Notes under the pieces: generated by a model
What the model was told of the DNA's origin: nothing
Database searches by the model: none
Seen by the model: only the letters and a program-made list of their open reading frames with translations
Position numbers and translations under genes: made by a program
Part shown: positions 62,001-64,000 of the stretch, in pieces
Layout of the letters: each line of letters opens with the position of its first letter
Numbering within the stretch: the first letter of the stretch is position 1
From: Scenedesmus sp. PABB004
Taxonomy: Eukaryota
Direction: 5' to 3'
Length of the DNA: 64,000 nucleotides
Assembly: GCA_014905635.1 (NCBI GenBank)
Contig: JABVCE010000011.1
Coordinates: 310,001 to 374,000 of the forward strand

Positions 62001-63545
62001 GGCTCTGCGCCCGCGTCTGGCAGGGGGTCGCACGGCGCCGCAGCCGCCCAGTCAAACACCTGGGTCGGTGGCAGCACAGATCCGGGCAAATCCGGCACTG
62101 GAGCCCCTTGGACCGGCCGCGGCGCTGGCTGCGGCGACGGCCCAGCGCCGGCGCCCTGCAGGCTGGGAGCCGCCTGCTGCGACTGCTGCTGCTGCTGCTG
62201 CTGCTGTCGCGACTGCTGCTGCTGTGGCTGTCGCGACTGCTGCTGCGACTGCTGCTGCGACTCCTGTTGAAGGGGCGCTCGCCGCTCCGGATGCAGCGGC
62301 AGCAGCATGGGCGGCGGTGCCTCCTGCGCCGCTTGCAGCTGCTGCCCCTGCTCCTGCTCCTGCGCCTCGAGCTGCTGCCGCAGCACGTCCAGCGGAACGA
62401 GCTGGTCGGACGCGGGCTGGTCGGTGCGTCGGCTGGGTTCCGTGCCTGCCGACGCTGCCCTTGCCGCCGGTGCCGCCGCCGCCGCGTCTGCCGGCGGCGG
62501 CGCGCTGGTGGCCTGCTGCAGCACCGCAGCGACGCCCTGCTGGACGCGGGCGTCTGCCCACCACTGGCTGCCGCCGCCGCCGTCCGTGGCGTCCGAGTGC
62601 ACGGTGCCGCCGTCGCTGATGCTGGTTGCCTGGCTGACAGCCCAGCCGGCCGCACCCTCGGCGGCCGCGCGCAGCGCCGCGGCCGCCGCCTGCTGCTGGG
62701 CCGCCAGGAGACTCGGGCCCTGCAGCAGCGCCAGCAGCGCAGCGGGGCCCGCCGCCGCCGCCCCCAGCGCCGCCTGCGGCGGCGGCGGGACGGGCGGCGA
62801 CGCGGACGCGGACGCCGCGACCGCCGCCGCCACTGCCGCCTCCTGCTGCCCCGACAGGGCCTCATCCGTCTGCACCTGCTGCGGCTGCTGCTGTGGCTGC
62901 TGCTGCGGCTGCTGCTCCTCCGCCGGCGTCGGCGCCGCCAGCGCGCCGGCGCCGAACGCGAGCCGCACGACGGCGGCGCCGACGCGCAGCGACTCGCTGG
63001 GCCCGCGCAGCACGTGCACGACGCCCGGGCGCAGCGGCGGCGCGCGGGGGCCCACCCCGAGCCGAGTCTTGTTCATGCTGTCCAAGTCAGTCAGGCGAGC
63101 GAGCGAGGCGTCGGGCTCGAGCTCTGCGCGCGGCCGCGGCGCGGCCGCGGGCTTGGGGCGCGCGCGGCGCGCCCAGGCGCGCGGCCGAGGGCGGGCGCGG
63201 GCGCGGCCGGCCGCATGCAGAGGCAGCGCCGCCGCGCCGCGCACCGATGAGCAGGTGGGTCGCAGAGACGGTCGGGTCGTCCAGCAGCACGGCGTTGACG
63301 CTCTCCCGGCCGAGGGCGAGGCGCCACTCCGCCTCCCGCTCCGCCAGGGGCCGCGTGCCCGGCCCCGACGCGCGGCCGACCACATTGGCTCCCGCCAGCA
63401 GCCCGCGCGCGCCGCCCGCGCTGTAGAGCCAGCCGAGCGGCACGCGCGGCGCCGCCGGCGGCGGCTCCGGGACGTCGTCGTCGTCGTCGTCGTCGTCGCA
63501 TGGCTGAGTGCCCAGCTCCGGCTCGAACGCCTGCGTGGCCGCCAT
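59003..63545 (-). CDS. MDC1: MDC1-like DNA-damage mediator: N-terminal FHA, long disordered TQ/SQ- and RGG-containing linker, C-terminal tandem BRCT; 4 exons
   Basis: FHA motifs GANVVGR, DPTVSATHLLI, LTDLDSMNKT; BRCT1 LSFATG...LGGRV...VTHL...SLKLLLALARGVPVVAAESWVAAC; BRCT2 LRLLITAAGGVV...FSREWLIAAVL; TGA 59005-59003. Confidence 0.8.
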
Positions 63546-63925
63546 GGCCGCGCGCCTCGGCGCCGCTGCTCTCGAGCCGCCGTGCTGGCAGCGCGCAGCA
63601 GCTCCGCCGCCAGTCGGGAGCGCGAGGCGTCAAGCGAGCGCCATGAGCGCGATGGCCGGGGCGCTGCACGCTGCCGGCGGGCGCGGCGGGCGGCGGCGCT
63701 GCTGCTGCTCTCTTTGCGCGCGTGTGCGCCGGGCGCCCAGGCGCTGGCCCGCCTCCTCGCCGCACCGCACAGTGGGAGATGCCCGCGAGGCGCGGCGCTG
63801 TGTTGCTTTTGGCGCCGGGCGCGGTTCAGCGTTACGAATGGGTCAAATCCCGCCGCGCCCCGCGCAAGCGGGCGACACCGGCAGCGCTCGCTCGCTGATG
63901 TTGTACACTGCACACACAGCACACA

Positions 63926-64000
63926 CTACTCCGACCCGGGGAACACGAGCGCACGCAGCTCGTCCGCCAGGCTCCGCACCTGCTGCGCGGCGTCGCCGAG
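63926..64000 (-). CDS. Possible 3' end of a gene running off the window (…LGDAAQQVRSLADELRALVFPGSE*)
   Basis: 75-nt open frame with GC3-rich codons ending in TAG at 63928-63926; too short to identify. Confidence 0.35.
   Translation of the reverse strand, partial: LGDAAQQVRSLADELRALVFPGSE

Noticed and set aside
58961..63250. 1429-aa plus-strand ORF, and similar very long ORFs such as 33884..36997 on minus
   Set aside because: Antisense shadows of real genes; stop codons are rare at this GC level and the translations are Arg/Ala/Pro-rich with no motifs.

Overview
Eukaryotic nuclear DNA, not prokaryotic: extremely GC-rich (visually about 80%), gene-dense, with many short spliceosomal introns (donor usually GTGCGC, acceptor GCAG). 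The style and gene content fit a chlorophyte green alga, probably Sphaeropleales (inference). I reconstructed 19 protein-coding genes by hand, plus one possible partial gene at the right edge. In order: LRR/F-box-like protein, P5A-ATPase, MCTP-like C2 protein, indoleamine 2,3-dioxygenase, Ubl-Ubl-E2 fusion, kinesin-14, COG0523 GTPase, AVT6/SLC38-like transporter, PDS-like flavoprotein, second LRR protein, ApaH-like phosphoesterase, OPR protein, unknown ORF, AP2 factor, RTF2, DUF155 protein, tRNA-IPT, BCAS2 and an MDC1-like FHA-BRCT protein. Most long ORFs in the supplied track are GC-driven shadows. Highlights: (1) a gene predicted to encode transit peptide-Ubl-Ubl-RQRGG-linker-E2, a possible self-contained, perhaps plastid-targeted, ISG15-like modifier fused to its own conjugating enzyme; (2) directly downstream, a ~2 kb non-coding stretch with at least six unrelated long fold-back hairpins, resembling a polycistronic miRNA cluster; (3) about 14 GC-AG introns out of roughly 115; (4) an MDC1-like protein that keeps the Thr4-Gln N-terminal motif of human MDC1. 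CDS coordinates are genomic spans from start to stop codon including introns. All alignments and folds were done by eye.
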